DNA of 64,000 bases from Minisyncoccota bacterium (GTDB lineage Bacteria; Patescibacteriota; Minisyncoccia; Phycocordibacterales; UBA2100): contig DATJXE010000003.1 of NCBI GenBank assembly GCA_035500505.1, forward strand, positions 201,697 through 265,696. Direction: 5' to 3'. The notes under the pieces are model-generated. The model did not search any database and was not told the origin of the DNA. It worked only from the letters and a program-made list of their open reading frames with translations. Made by a program: the position numbers and the translations under genes. Positions 36,221 to 44,788 of the stretch are shown piece by piece; position 1 is the stretch's first letter, and each line of letters starts with the position of its first letter.

Positions 36221-37933
36221 ATGAGCGGACAGAGTCATGCGCAAACGTTCGATATAAAGAGGTATGTTGCGTACGCATTTGCTCTCGCGATAGTCGCGCT
36301 GCTTATAGCCGGAGCATCGAGTCACGCGGCCGGCCACCTCTCGCCTGAAGTGAAATTCACCGATGCCTCCGGGGGCGGCCTCGCCATCGTGCCGGCGTCA
36401 TGCCCTTCCGACCCGCAATACCTTGGGGACTGCACAACTTCGTGCGACAACGGCCTCGACATCGCGCAATATCCTTCTTGCAGCTGCCCCGCCGGCCAAA
36501 CGCAAAGCGGAAGCACGTGCGTGTGCCCCTCGGGCCAGGTGTGGAACGGTACGCAATGCGTTTCGCAGACCGTGGGACCGAGTTGTACATGTCCGAGTGG
36601 ATATACGTTGAACGGCTCGACCTGTGCCGCAAACCCCGGCAGTCAGTCCTTTACGACCCCCACCCCCCCGGGAGGTACCACGTTCTCGGTGCCGCAAAAC
36701 TACGCATCTCTCACCGTAACCGTTCTGGGAGCAGGTGGTGGTGGTGGCGGCGGGGGTGGACCCATGTACTTCAACCCGACGAATGGCTGGATAAGCGGCC
36801 AGCCTGGAAGTTCGGGCGGGTCGGGCACTTCTTCTTCCTTCAATACGTCCGTCGTGGCTAACGGTGGCGGTGGTGGTGGCGGTGGTGGCGCGGGAAACGT
36901 GAACATAAGTGACGCTGGAGACTTTGGCACCAACGGAAGTCCTGGCTCGGACGGTTCCTCCGGGACTGCGAGCGGGGGCACTACCAACACAACAGGCGGA
37001 GGGGCATCCGGCGGCTCCGGCGGTCCTGGCTCGTCTTATACGAGCGACAGCGGCTCGGTCTCGGACTGGGGTGGCACCGGTGGAACCGGTGGCACGGGCG
37101 GTAAAGCAGTGAAAACCTATGCCTCGGGGGTGCTCACAGGGAACATCACAGTGACCGTGGGCTCCGGCGGCTCCGGCGGAGGCGGTCAACCATATGGCGG
37201 AAGCTCGGGCGGCAATGGCTCGGTGTCCATTACGTGGACGACCTCTTCCGACATCTCGGCGTCTTGCTCCTGCCCCAGCGGATACACCGACCAGGGCGGC
37301 GGTTCATGTGTTCTCTCACAATGCACAGGAGGAGAACTCCTTCAGGGCGGTTCCTGTGTTCCGACCTGTGGCATCGGATACACACAACAAGATTCCAGTT
37401 GTGTATTCGACCAGTGCCCCATCGGCTACGTGCAGGGGGCTGACAGCAATGGCAACACGACCTGCACCTTCTCCAGTTGCCCGGTCGGCTACACACAGCA
37501 AGGTCAACAGTGTGTCTTCACGAGTTGTCCTCTGGGCTACACGCAAGGAACCGATGCGAACAACAACGCCATCTGCACCTACACCGGTTGCCCGCGGTAC
37601 TACACGCTCCAGGATGGGCAATGTGTGCTCTCCACCCAGTCATCGCCTCTTGGGGAGATCGTCGCAGTCCCGTCGGTACTCAAGACAGGTGGCACATCCA
37701 AGATTTCCTGGAGTGCCGGCGGTGTCTCTTCCTGTACGGTTACCGGTTCCAATGGGGACGGCGGCTCGGGCTGGGGCTGCTCATCACAGATCGCTTGTGC
37801 TGCCACCACGACTCACCCAACGAGCCAAATACAATCGCAGACAATTTACACGCTCAATTGTACGGCCCTCGACAGCAGCACCTTCACTCGCTCCGCGACG
37901 GTGAATATCGTGCCGGTATTCCAGGAACAGTAA
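36221..37933 (+). CDS. Large surface protein: ~12 'CPxGYTxxGxxCV' Cys-hairpin repeats flanking a glycine-rich (Gly_rich-like) core
   Basis: Repeats such as 'SCPVGYTQQGQQCVFTSCPLGYTQGTD'. Core 'VTVLGAGGGGGGGGG...ITVTVGSGGSGGGG'. N-terminal TM/signal present. Confidence 0.55.
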   Translation: MSGQSHAQTFDIKRYVAYAFALAIVALLIAGASSHAAGHLSPEVKFTDASGGGLAIVPASCPSDPQYLGDCTTSCDNGLDIAQYPSCSCPAGQTQSGSTCVCPSGQVWNGTQCVSQTVGPSCTCPSGYTLNGSTCAANPGSQSFTTPTPPGGTTFSVPQNYASLTVTVLGAGGGGGGGGGPMYFNPTNGWISGQPGSSGGSGTSSSFNTSVVANGGGGGGGGGAGNVNISDAGDFGTNGSPGSDGSSGTASGGTTNTTGGGASGGSGGPGSSYTSDSGSVSDWGGTGGTGGTGGKAVKTYASGVLTGNITVTVGSGGSGGGGQPYGGSSGGNGSVSITWTTSSDISASCSCPSGYTDQGGGSCVLSQCTGGELLQGGSCVPTCGIGYTQQDSSCVFDQCPIGYVQGADSNGNTTCTFSSCPVGYTQQGQQCVFTSCPLGYTQGTDANNNAICTYTGCPRYYTLQDGQCVLSTQSSPLGEIVAVPSVLKTGGTSKISWSAGGVSSCTVTGSNGDGGSGWGCSSQIACAATTTHPTSQIQSQTIYTLNCTALDSSTFTRSATVNIVPVFQEQ

Positions 37934-37982
37934 GCGTGGGGAAAAACGTCCGCGCCGCCTGGCTCGATGCTATAGTTGTTGC

Positions 37983-38429
37983 ATGCAGAGAGTTTCTCTC
38001 CGGACGTTCGCTTTCCCGCTGGCCCTTGCGGTTGCGATAGTTTCGGCAAGCGCGGCGTTTGCGTATGCGCAGACCACAACCGACGCGCAACTTCGCGCGA
38101 CCATCCAGGCCGAAGTGACGGCCGATCCGCGTTCGCAAACGATGTCGCAGGCGCAGATACAAGCGCTTGTCGACTCGCTCACCGCCCAGGCACAGGCGCA
38201 AGGCCTCACGGCTTCGCAGCTCACCTATCGTGCGCCCACCCAAACTCCGGAGACTTCCTTGCCCGCGCCGAGTTCGCAGTGCACGACGTTCTCCTGTTCG
38301 CTCGCCCGCGCGTTCGGGCTCGACGGCTCCGTTCCCATCATCCCCATTGCGCTTTTTGTGGCGGCGGCACTCTTCATTCTTCTTTTCAGCATCATGCGCG
38401 AGTTAGGGCATCCGCACGCACAGGCTTAG
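37983..38429 (+). CDS. Hypothetical secreted protein with C-terminal TM anchor
   Basis: Signal 'AFPLALAVAIVSASAAFAYA'. C-terminal 'IIPIALFVAAALFILLF'. Confidence 0.4.
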   Translation: MQRVSLRTFAFPLALAVAIVSASAAFAYAQTTTDAQLRATIQAEVTADPRSQTMSQAQIQALVDSLTAQAQAQGLTASQLTYRAPTQTPETSLPAPSSQCTTFSCSLARAFGLDGSVPIIPIALFVAAALFILLFSIMRELGHPHAQA

Positions 38430-38434
38430 AGCGT

Positions 38435-38562
38435 GCGGCGAAGCAGCATGAGTTTTTGAATATCTCGGCTTTGCCACCGTTCTCTTTCTCTGTGCCGGAC
38501 TCTGCCGCAAGAAAACCATTTTGGAAAAATGTGGTAAACAAAAACTCATGCTGCTTCGCCGC
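38435..38562. repeat. Perfect 24-bp inverted repeat (arms 38435-38458, 38539-38562; 80-nt spacer)
   Basis: gcggcgaagcagcatgagtttttg / caaaaactcatgctgcttcgccgc. It starts 6 nt after a stop codon, upstream of the rplC operon. Confidence 0.85.
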
Positions 38563-38639
38563 ATAGCGGCATAGTTGCACGCCTTCTTTTTTCGTATATA
38601 GTGCTTCCACCCAAGTCCGTATATGGACCAATGGTGAGC

Positions 38640-38682
38640 TTCAAAAGCCCGCCATTGCGGGCGTTCACATTTTTAGGATATG
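38640..38682 (+). promoter_or_regulatory. Leader hairpin + U-tract + SD before rplC
   Basis: gcccgc-cattg-gcgggc-gttcacattttt-AGGAT-ATG. Confidence 0.35.
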
Positions 38683-39285
38683 AAATTCATCCTCGGAACC
38701 AAGAGCAAAATGACGCAAGTCTTCGACGAGAAGGGCGTCGTTTCCGCTGCGACGATGATAATCGCCGGGCCCTTGGTCGCGACGCAAGTGAAGACCAAAG
38801 AAAAGGACGGCTATGCGGCAGTCCAATTCGGCTTTGGCACGCGCAAGGAGAAAAACCTCGGCAAGCCGCTCATGGGGCACCTCAAGGACTTGCAGCCGGC
38901 CCGCTACTTGCGAGAATTTCCGGCCGAAGGCGTGGAACGCGGCGCCAAAATAGATGTATCGGTCTTTGCGCCGGGTGATGTCGTTGCCGTTTCGGCTATC
39001 TCAAAAGGGAAAGGGTTCCAGGGTGTCGTGAAGCGCCATGGTTTCAAGGGCGGTCCGCGCAGTCACGGTCAGAAGAACAGAGAGCGCGCGCCTGGTTCTA
39101 TCGGAGGTGGTGGTCGCGCAGGCGGCAGGGTGGTAAAAAATATGCGCATGGCAGGCCGCATGGGCAATGATCGCGTCACGGTGAAGAATCTGCGCGTCCT
39201 GCAAGTCGACCCCGCAACCAACACGATCCTTATATCCGGTGCCGTTCCCGGGCGCCCAGGCACGCTCGTCGAGATCCGCGGCTAA
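38680..39285 (+). CDS. rplC: 50S ribosomal protein L3
   Basis: 'KSKMTQVFDEKGV...VQFGFG', 201 aa. Confidence 0.9.
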   Translation: MKFILGTKSKMTQVFDEKGVVSAATMIIAGPLVATQVKTKEKDGYAAVQFGFGTRKEKNLGKPLMGHLKDLQPARYLREFPAEGVERGAKIDVSVFAPGDVVAVSAISKGKGFQGVVKRHGFKGGPRSHGQKNRERAPGSIGGGGRAGGRVVKNMRMAGRMGNDRVTVKNLRVLQVDPATNTILISGAVPGRPGTLVEIRG

Positions 39286-39296
39286 TCCATACAAGT

Positions 39297-39968
39297 ATGA
39301 AAACAGATATTTACAACATCCAAGGGAAAAAGGCAGGCAGCGTGGAATTGCCGGAGAGCATCTTCGGCGTCGCCTGGAACGAGTCGCTCATGCACCAGGT
39401 AGTGACTTCGATGCAGGACAACGCCCGCACGCCTGTCGCGCACGTCAAAGATCGCGGCGAAGTCCGCGGCGGCGGCAAGAAGCCCTGGCGGCAAAAGGGC
39501 ACCGGCCGCGCACGCCACGGCTCCATCCGCTCGCCCATCTGGCGCCATGGAGGCGTCACGCACGGGCCGCGCAAGGAAAAGGTCTTTGCCCGCGCGATCC
39601 CCAAGAAGATGCGCGCGAAGGCCCTTTTCATGGCGCTTTCGAAGAAATTGCGCGACGGCGAGGTCATCTTCGTCGACACGTTCAGCATCAGCCAACCGAA
39701 GACCGCCGTCGCGAAGAAAATGCTCACGGCCCTGAGCGGCGTCTCCGGGTTCGAGAAACTCTCGAGCAAGAAAAAGAACGCGGCGCTCGTCGCCATTCCC
39801 GAGATGAGCGAGGCCTCGAAGAAGAGCTTCCGCAACCTCGGCAACGTTTCGTGCATGAAGGTGGCCGATCTGAACCCGCTTGCAGTTCTCGGCAATTCCT
39901 ACCTCGTCATCGAGAATCCGGAAGCTGCTATCAAGGTCGTAGAAGGCAAAGTAAAGGCTAAAAAATAA
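39297..39968 (+). CDS. rplD: 50S ribosomal protein L4
   Basis: 'GGGKKPWRQKGTGRARHGSIRSPIWRHGGVTHGP'. Confidence 0.9.
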   Translation: MKTDIYNIQGKKAGSVELPESIFGVAWNESLMHQVVTSMQDNARTPVAHVKDRGEVRGGGKKPWRQKGTGRARHGSIRSPIWRHGGVTHGPRKEKVFARAIPKKMRAKALFMALSKKLRDGEVIFVDTFSISQPKTAVAKKMLTALSGVSGFEKLSSKKKNAALVAIPEMSEASKKSFRNLGNVSCMKVADLNPLAVLGNSYLVIENPEAAIKVVEGKVKAKK

Positions 39969-39971
39969 GAT

Positions 39972-40361
39972 ATGGCACTCTTTGGAAGAAATAAAAAGAC
40001 AGAGGAGGCGAAGCCCGTGGTTGCGGCACAGGTCGCGGAGACGAAAGCGCCCGCCCGCCGAAACCTTGGCGAAGGCCGGGGGAATTTCTCGCACGTCCTC
40101 AAAAATCCGCGCATTACGGAGAAGGCGACGATGCAACAGGGATTGGGCGTGTATGCGTTCGACGTTGCCGACAACGCGACCAAACAAGACGTCGCTGCTG
40201 CGGTGCGTCAGACATACAAGGTTTCCCCTCGAAAAGTTCGCATCGTCGCCATCCCGTCGAAGACGACGCGCAGCATGCGCACGGGTCGCGCCGGCTTGAA
40301 ATCAGGCGGAAAGAAAGCCTACGTCTATCTCAAGAGCGGCGAAACCATAACCATCAGCTAA
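39972..40361 (+). CDS. rplW: 50S ribosomal protein L23
   Basis: 'NPRITEKAT...YAFDVADNATKQDVAAAVRQTYKVSPRKVRI', with a ~30-aa N-terminal extension. Confidence 0.85.
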   Translation: MALFGRNKKTEEAKPVVAAQVAETKAPARRNLGEGRGNFSHVLKNPRITEKATMQQGLGVYAFDVADNATKQDVAAAVRQTYKVSPRKVRIVAIPSKTTRSMRTGRAGLKSGGKKAYVYLKSGETITIS

Positions 40362-40365
40362 TCAT

Positions 40366-41214
40366 ATGAGCATCAAAACCTATCGTCCGGTCACAAAAAG
40401 CTCGCGCCAGATGACCCGCGTGAATTATCGCGAGGCACTCTCCGGCCACAAGCCGCTGAAAGCGCTCCTCAAGGGCGCGAAGGGTCGCGGCGGGCGCAAT
40501 TCCTTCGGCCGTATCACGACGCGCCACCAGGGTGGCGGCCACAAGCAGCGCCACCGCAATGTCGATTTTACGTTCGACAAAAAGAACATTCCGGCGAGGA
40601 TCGCCTCGATCGAATACGACCCGATGCGCTCGGCCTTCATCGGTCTTGCTATCTATCGTGACGGCGAGAAGCGCTACGTCGTTTTGCCTCAGAAAATGAA
40701 AGTTGGCGATGAGTTCGTCGTTTCGGAAACCGCTCCTATCAAAACGGGCAACCGCTTGCCGATCGGAAGCATTCCCGTCGGCACGTTCGTCTACAACATC
40801 GAAATAAAGCCGGGCAATGGCGGCAAGATCGCGCGCTCCGCCGGCAACTTCGCCGAAGTCATCGCGCAAGACCAGGGCTACGCGAACCTCAAGATGCCGT
40901 CGAGCGAAGTGCGTCGCGTCATCGGGACCGCGTGGGCATCCGTCGGCGCCGCATCCAACGAAGATCATCGCCTCGAGAATTACGGCAAGGCCGGCAGAAG
41001 CCGCTGGAAGGGCATTCGTCCGACTGTCCGCGGTACCGCGATGAACCCAGTCGATCACCCGCACGGCGGAGGTGAAGGCCGCCAGGGCCGCGGCAGCCGT
41101 CGCGCCAAGTCCATGTGGGGCAAGCCGACAGGCAAGGGCCAAAAGACCCGCCACCCCAAGAAATACTCCAACGTATTCATCCTTTCTCGTCGAAAGGTCG
41201 GAAAGCGAAAGTAA
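40366..41214 (+). CDS. rplB: 50S ribosomal protein L2
   Basis: 'GRNSFGRITTRHQGGGHK', 'HPHGGGEGR', 282 aa. Confidence 0.95.
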   Translation: MSIKTYRPVTKSSRQMTRVNYREALSGHKPLKALLKGAKGRGGRNSFGRITTRHQGGGHKQRHRNVDFTFDKKNIPARIASIEYDPMRSAFIGLAIYRDGEKRYVVLPQKMKVGDEFVVSETAPIKTGNRLPIGSIPVGTFVYNIEIKPGNGGKIARSAGNFAEVIAQDQGYANLKMPSSEVRRVIGTAWASVGAASNEDHRLENYGKAGRSRWKGIRPTVRGTAMNPVDHPHGGGEGRQGRGSRRAKSMWGKPTGKGQKTRHPKKYSNVFILSRRKVGKRK

Positions 41215-41250
41215 AACAAAAGCCCGGCAATGCGCCGGGCTTTTTCGTTT
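41213..41250. terminator. Bidirectional rho-independent terminator after rplB
   Basis: aaaacaaaa-gcccggc-aatgc-gccgggc-tttttcgttt. Confidence 0.7.
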
Positions 41251-41263
41251 GCCGTGGTCTAGT

Positions 41264-41674
41264 TCAGGGAAGTTCCGCGATGTGAAAGTCAGGAAGCTCC
41301 CGCTTGAAGACCCCTAGGGTAATTTTCCGTTCCGATTCACGAACAATGTCCGGGCTTTCCCCTTGCAGGAAGATACACCTCGTCCCATAGGGCATGTAGG
41401 TGAGCTCCCCGCCGCCAAGCATTTCGAACTCGAGCGGCTGAACTTCGGTCTTGAAATTGTGAAGGACTTGCCCGACCAGGACGTTTCGAGCCGCTACACG
41501 GATAACGATCCGCTCCGTACCGCGTCCGTCGTTTACCTTGAAGACGACGTATCGATAGATCCTTTTTTCGGTCAGTACATTGCCGTTCAACAGCCTCAAA
41601 TCCAGAGCACAAGCCATGGAAGCCTCCCGATTAAACTCAACTTCCACCATAACCCGAAAAGTATTACTACACAA
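41264..41674 (-). CDS. Hypothetical protein encoded antisense within the ribosomal protein cluster
   Basis: 136-aa ORF between rplB and rpsS, with no motif. Flanked by the terminator and the rpsS promoter. Confidence 0.35.
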   Translation of the reverse strand: MCSNTFRVMVEVEFNREASMACALDLRLLNGNVLTEKRIYRYVVFKVNDGRGTERIVIRVAARNVLVGQVLHNFKTEVQPLEFEMLGGGELTYMPYGTRCIFLQGESPDIVRESERKITLGVFKRELPDFHIAELP

Positions 41675-41728
41675 TAATCTCGACGACCTGCAACAGGACC
41701 TCGATTTTTTCTAGGATTCTCGTGGAAA

Positions 41729-41796
41729 TTTGACGTACCAAAGTCTATCCTATATATTGTGCCAACGCCGTGCAGGCGTTTTTGTTTGAAGATATG
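41729..41796 (+). promoter_or_regulatory. rpsS promoter (TTGACG-16/18-TATATT) with 5' hairpin aacgcc-gtgca-ggcgtt + U-tract ending 8 nt before ATG
   Basis: Read directly. The hairpin 6-mers aacgcc/ggcgtt are identical to those before fusA. Confidence 0.45.
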
Positions 41797-42135
41797 ACAC
41801 GAAGCTTAAAGAAAGGTCCCTACGTGGACGAAAAACTGATGAAGAAAGTCGGCGCCCGCAAGCCGAATGCTGGCTCTATTAAGACGTGGGCGCGCGCTTC
41901 TTCCATCGCGCCGGAATTCGTCGGTTTCACCTTTGCCGTACACAACGGCAAGTCTTTTGAGGAGGTCTTCGTGACCGAGGACATGGTCGGGCACCGCTTG
42001 GGAGAATTTTCGCCGACGACGAAGTTCATCAAGCACGGAGGCAAGATGCAGAAGGAAGCCGAAATGGCCGCCAAGCAGGCGGAGATCGCAACGGCTCAAG
42101 CCGCAAAGGCGACCGCCGAGACCGCGAAGAAATAA
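41794..42135 (+). CDS. rpsS: 30S ribosomal protein S19
   Basis: '[15 protein letters not shown]...[23 protein letters not shown]'. Carries a ~25-aa Ala/Lys-rich C-terminal extension. Confidence 0.85.
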   Translation: MTRSLKKGPYVDEKLMKKVGARKPNAGSIKTWARASSIAPEFVGFTFAVHNGKSFEEVFVTEDMVGHRLGEFSPTTKFIKHGGKMQKEAEMAAKQAEIATAQAAKATAETAKK

Positions 42136-42141
42136 TTTTCT

Positions 42142-42495
42142 ATGAAAGCAACGCTCAAAAATTACCACCAGTCGCCCCGCAAGGTCCGCCTTGTAGCCGA
42201 CATGATACGCGGCAAGTCGGTGCCCGCCGCGCGCGCCGCACTCCACTTTCTTCCAAAGAAATCTTCTCCCACGATCGCCAAGCTGCTCGACTCCGCCGTC
42301 GCCAACTCCGGCGCGTCTCCGGACTCTCTGTACGTGAAATCCATCGCGGTCAACAAAGGCACTGTCATGCGCCGCTACCGCCCGTTCTCTCGCGGCCGCT
42401 CCGGTACGCTCAGGAAGACAATGTCCATCGTTACGCTCGAACTTGGCACGGGTGCGCCGGCCAAAAAGCCGAAGAAGGTCAAAAAAACCGAATAA
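42142..42495 (+). CDS. rplV: 50S ribosomal protein L22
   Basis: 'SPRKVRLVADMIRGKSV...RAALHF'. Confidence 0.9.
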   Translation: MKATLKNYHQSPRKVRLVADMIRGKSVPAARAALHFLPKKSSPTIAKLLDSAVANSGASPDSLYVKSIAVNKGTVMRRYRPFSRGRSGTLRKTMSIVTLELGTGAPAKKPKKVKKTE

Positions 42496-42496
42496 T

Positions 42497-43174
42497 ATGA
42501 CGCACACCGTACATCCATACGCCCACCGCCTTGGTATCATCCGCGACTGGAAATCGCGCTGGTTCGCTAAGAACCCGAAGGATTATCGCACCAACGTCAT
42601 GGTCGACTCGACCATCCGCCGCTTCCTCAAAAAGCGCTTGCGCGGCATGTACGTTACTTCGGTGGAGATCGAGCGTTCGCAGAATTCCATCCGCATCCTC
42701 ATCAAGACCTCGCGCCCGGGCCTCGTCATCGGTCGCGGCGGCGAAGGTTCCCAGAAAATAACGAAAGAGATCGAAACCCTTATGCGCACGGTGAAAGACG
42801 CGCCGAAGCTTTCGGTACGTCTCGATATTGAAGAGGTGCGCTCGCCCGAGTCGCAAGCTCCCGTCGTCGCCTATATGGTCGCCGAAGGCCTGGAGAAACG
42901 TCAGACCTTCCGTCGCGTGCTCAAGCAGACGGTAGAGAAGGTGATGGCCAACCGCGACGTGCAGGGAGTTCGCATCGCCATTTCCGGCCGCCTCGGCGGA
43001 GCCGAAATGTCGCGTCAAGAAGAGATAAAACGCGGCCGAGTTCCTCTCCAAACACTGCGCGCCGACATCGATTTCGCCAAAGAGATCGCCTATCTCCCGT
43101 ATGGTGTCATCGGCGTCAAAGTATGGATCTACCGCGGCGAGATTTTTGAGAAGGGAAAAGAGAACCGCGCATAA
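42497..43174 (+). CDS. rpsC: 30S ribosomal protein S3
   Basis: 'HPYAHRLGIIRDWKSRWFA', with a KH domain. Confidence 0.9.
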   Translation: MTHTVHPYAHRLGIIRDWKSRWFAKNPKDYRTNVMVDSTIRRFLKKRLRGMYVTSVEIERSQNSIRILIKTSRPGLVIGRGGEGSQKITKEIETLMRTVKDAPKLSVRLDIEEVRSPESQAPVVAYMVAEGLEKRQTFRRVLKQTVEKVMANRDVQGVRIAISGRLGGAEMSRQEEIKRGRVPLQTLRADIDFAKEIAYLPYGVIGVKVWIYRGEIFEKGKENRA

Positions 43175-43178
43175 ACGT

Positions 43179-43601
43179 ATGTTGGCACCGAAAAAAGCAA
43201 AACACCGCAAATGGCAAACGGGCAGGAGGAACCCGAAGCGCCTGATGCGCCCGGAGACGCGCGGTATCACCGTTGCTTTTGGCGCGTATGGCCTCAAAGC
43301 GCTTACGCAGGCCCGTATCACCTCCAATCAGATAGAGGCGGCTCGACGGGCGCTCACTCGCGCGGCGGGAAAGAGCGCCAAGGTCTGGGTGCGCATTTTC
43401 CCCGACCGTCCCGTCACGCAGAAAGCTGCGGAGGTGGGCATGGGTTCCGGCAAGGGAGACGTTGCAGGCTACGTCGTCGACGTGCGCCCGGGCCGCGTGC
43501 TTTTTGAAGTCGACGGTGCGCCGGAGGGAATGGCGCGCGAGGCACTGCGCAAGGCCGGCACCAAGTTGCCCCTGAAGGGCAAGGTCGTCGCTCGTGAATA
43601 A
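43179..43601 (+). CDS. rplP: 50S ribosomal protein L16
   Basis: 'MLAPKKAKHRKWQTGRR'. Confidence 0.9.
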   Translation: MLAPKKAKHRKWQTGRRNPKRLMRPETRGITVAFGAYGLKALTQARITSNQIEAARRALTRAAGKSAKVWVRIFPDRPVTQKAAEVGMGSGKGDVAGYVVDVRPGRVLFEVDGAPEGMAREALRKAGTKLPLKGKVVARE

Positions 43602-43609
43602 ATGATCAT

Positions 43610-43807
43610 ATGGCTAATCCGCTCAAAACACAGGAGGTAGGGGAATTGCAGAAGACGCTGGCCGACAAGCGCGAGGCATTGCGGAGTTTCCGCTTCGGCG
43701 GTGCCGGCTCCCGCAGCCGCAACGTGCGCGAGGGCCGCAACCTCCGCAAGGAAATAGCGCAGATCCTCACCGAGTTGCGCGAACGCGAACTCTCGAATAC
43801 AAAGTAA
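43610..43807 (+). CDS. rpmC: 50S ribosomal protein L29
   Basis: 'ELQKTLADKREALRSFRF', 65 aa. Confidence 0.85.
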   Translation: MANPLKTQEVGELQKTLADKREALRSFRFGGAGSRSRNVREGRNLRKEIAQILTELRERELSNTK

Positions 43808-43811
43808 TCGT

Positions 43812-44081
43812 ATGGATGCAAAATCAACAACCGGAAAGACATTCGAAGGCATTGTCGTGAAGTCGGCGATGAAAGACACCTGCACGGTGCAGGTAGAACG
43901 CTACGTGAAGCACCCGAAGTACAAGAAATACATCCGCCACAGCAAGAAATTCCTCGTGCACAACCCGGGCAATTCCGTGCAGGTCGGCGATAAGGTGACC
44001 ATTCGCGAGACGAGGCCGATCTCGCGCCACAAGCGCTTTGTCATCGCGTCCCGCATCGCCCGCGTCGAAACGACAGAATAA
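43812..44081 (+). CDS. rpsQ: 30S ribosomal protein S17
   Basis: 'GIVVKSAMKDTCTVQVERYVKHPKYKKY'. Confidence 0.85.
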   Translation: MDAKSTTGKTFEGIVVKSAMKDTCTVQVERYVKHPKYKKYIRHSKKFLVHNPGNSVQVGDKVTIRETRPISRHKRFVIASRIARVETTE

Positions 44082-44084
44082 TCT

Positions 44085-44465
44085 ATGATCCACGACCGAA
44101 CACTCGTAAAAATAGCAGACAACTCCGGCGGGCAGATCGGACGCGTTTTCAAGGTACTCGGCGGTTCAAAGAAGCGCTATGCAGGGATCGGTGAAGAGGT
44201 CGTCATCTCCATCCAGACCGCGCAGCCGCGCAAGGCCGTGAAGAAGAAGGAGATCCACCGCGCGGTCGTCGTCCGCACCAAGAACGCGCTGCGCCGCAAG
44301 GACGGTTCCTATATCCGATTCGATGAGAATGCGGTCGTTTTGGTCGTTGGTTCCGGCAAGGAGCCGAAAGAGCCCAAGGCGAACCGCGTGTTCGGCCCCA
44401 TCCCGCGCGAAGTCGTCGAAGCGGGCTATCAGAAGATCGGTTCGCTCGCGCCCGAAGTCGTGTAA
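44085..44465 (+). CDS. rplN: 50S ribosomal protein L14
   Basis: 'MIHDRTLVKIADNSGG...RFDENAVVLV'. Confidence 0.95.
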   Translation: MIHDRTLVKIADNSGGQIGRVFKVLGGSKKRYAGIGEEVVISIQTAQPRKAVKKKEIHRAVVVRTKNALRRKDGSYIRFDENAVVLVVGSGKEPKEPKANRVFGPIPREVVEAGYQKIGSLAPEVV

Positions 44466-44475
44466 ATACAACCGT

Positions 44476-44784
44476 ATGAAACTCAAGAAAGGAGACAAAG
44501 TCGTCGTTATCGCCGGCAAAGAGAAAGGCCAAACGGGCACCATCGTCCGCGTGCTTCCCGCACGCAGCATGTTGGTTCTCGACAAAATGAATCTCGTCAA
44601 AAAGCACCGCCGCCCCAACGCGCAATCGCGCAAAGGTCAGATAGTCGACGTCGCGATGCCCATCCACGTGTCCAACGTCATGCTCGCCGATCCCAAGGAT
44701 GGCAAACCGACCCGCATTAAGATCTCACGCAAAGAAGGCGCTCGTGCTCGCATCGCCGTAAAGAGCGGTCAAGAAATCGCATAA
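44476..44784 (+). CDS. rplX: 50S ribosomal protein L24
   Basis: 'MKLKKGDKVVVIAGKEKGQTGTIVRV', KOW motif. Confidence 0.85.
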   Translation: MKLKKGDKVVVIAGKEKGQTGTIVRVLPARSMLVLDKMNLVKKHRRPNAQSRKGQIVDVAMPIHVSNVMLADPKDGKPTRIKISRKEGARARIAVKSGQEIA

Positions 44785-44788
44785 TTAT

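Noticed and set aside
36398-37189. 263-aa minus-strand ORF and other Arg/Pro-rich frames in the Gly-rich gene
   Set aside because: Shadow ORFs created by the G-rich repeats of the 36221-37933 gene.
41806-42540. 244-aa minus-strand ORF across rpsS/rplV
   Set aside because: Antisense to conserved ribosomal protein genes.
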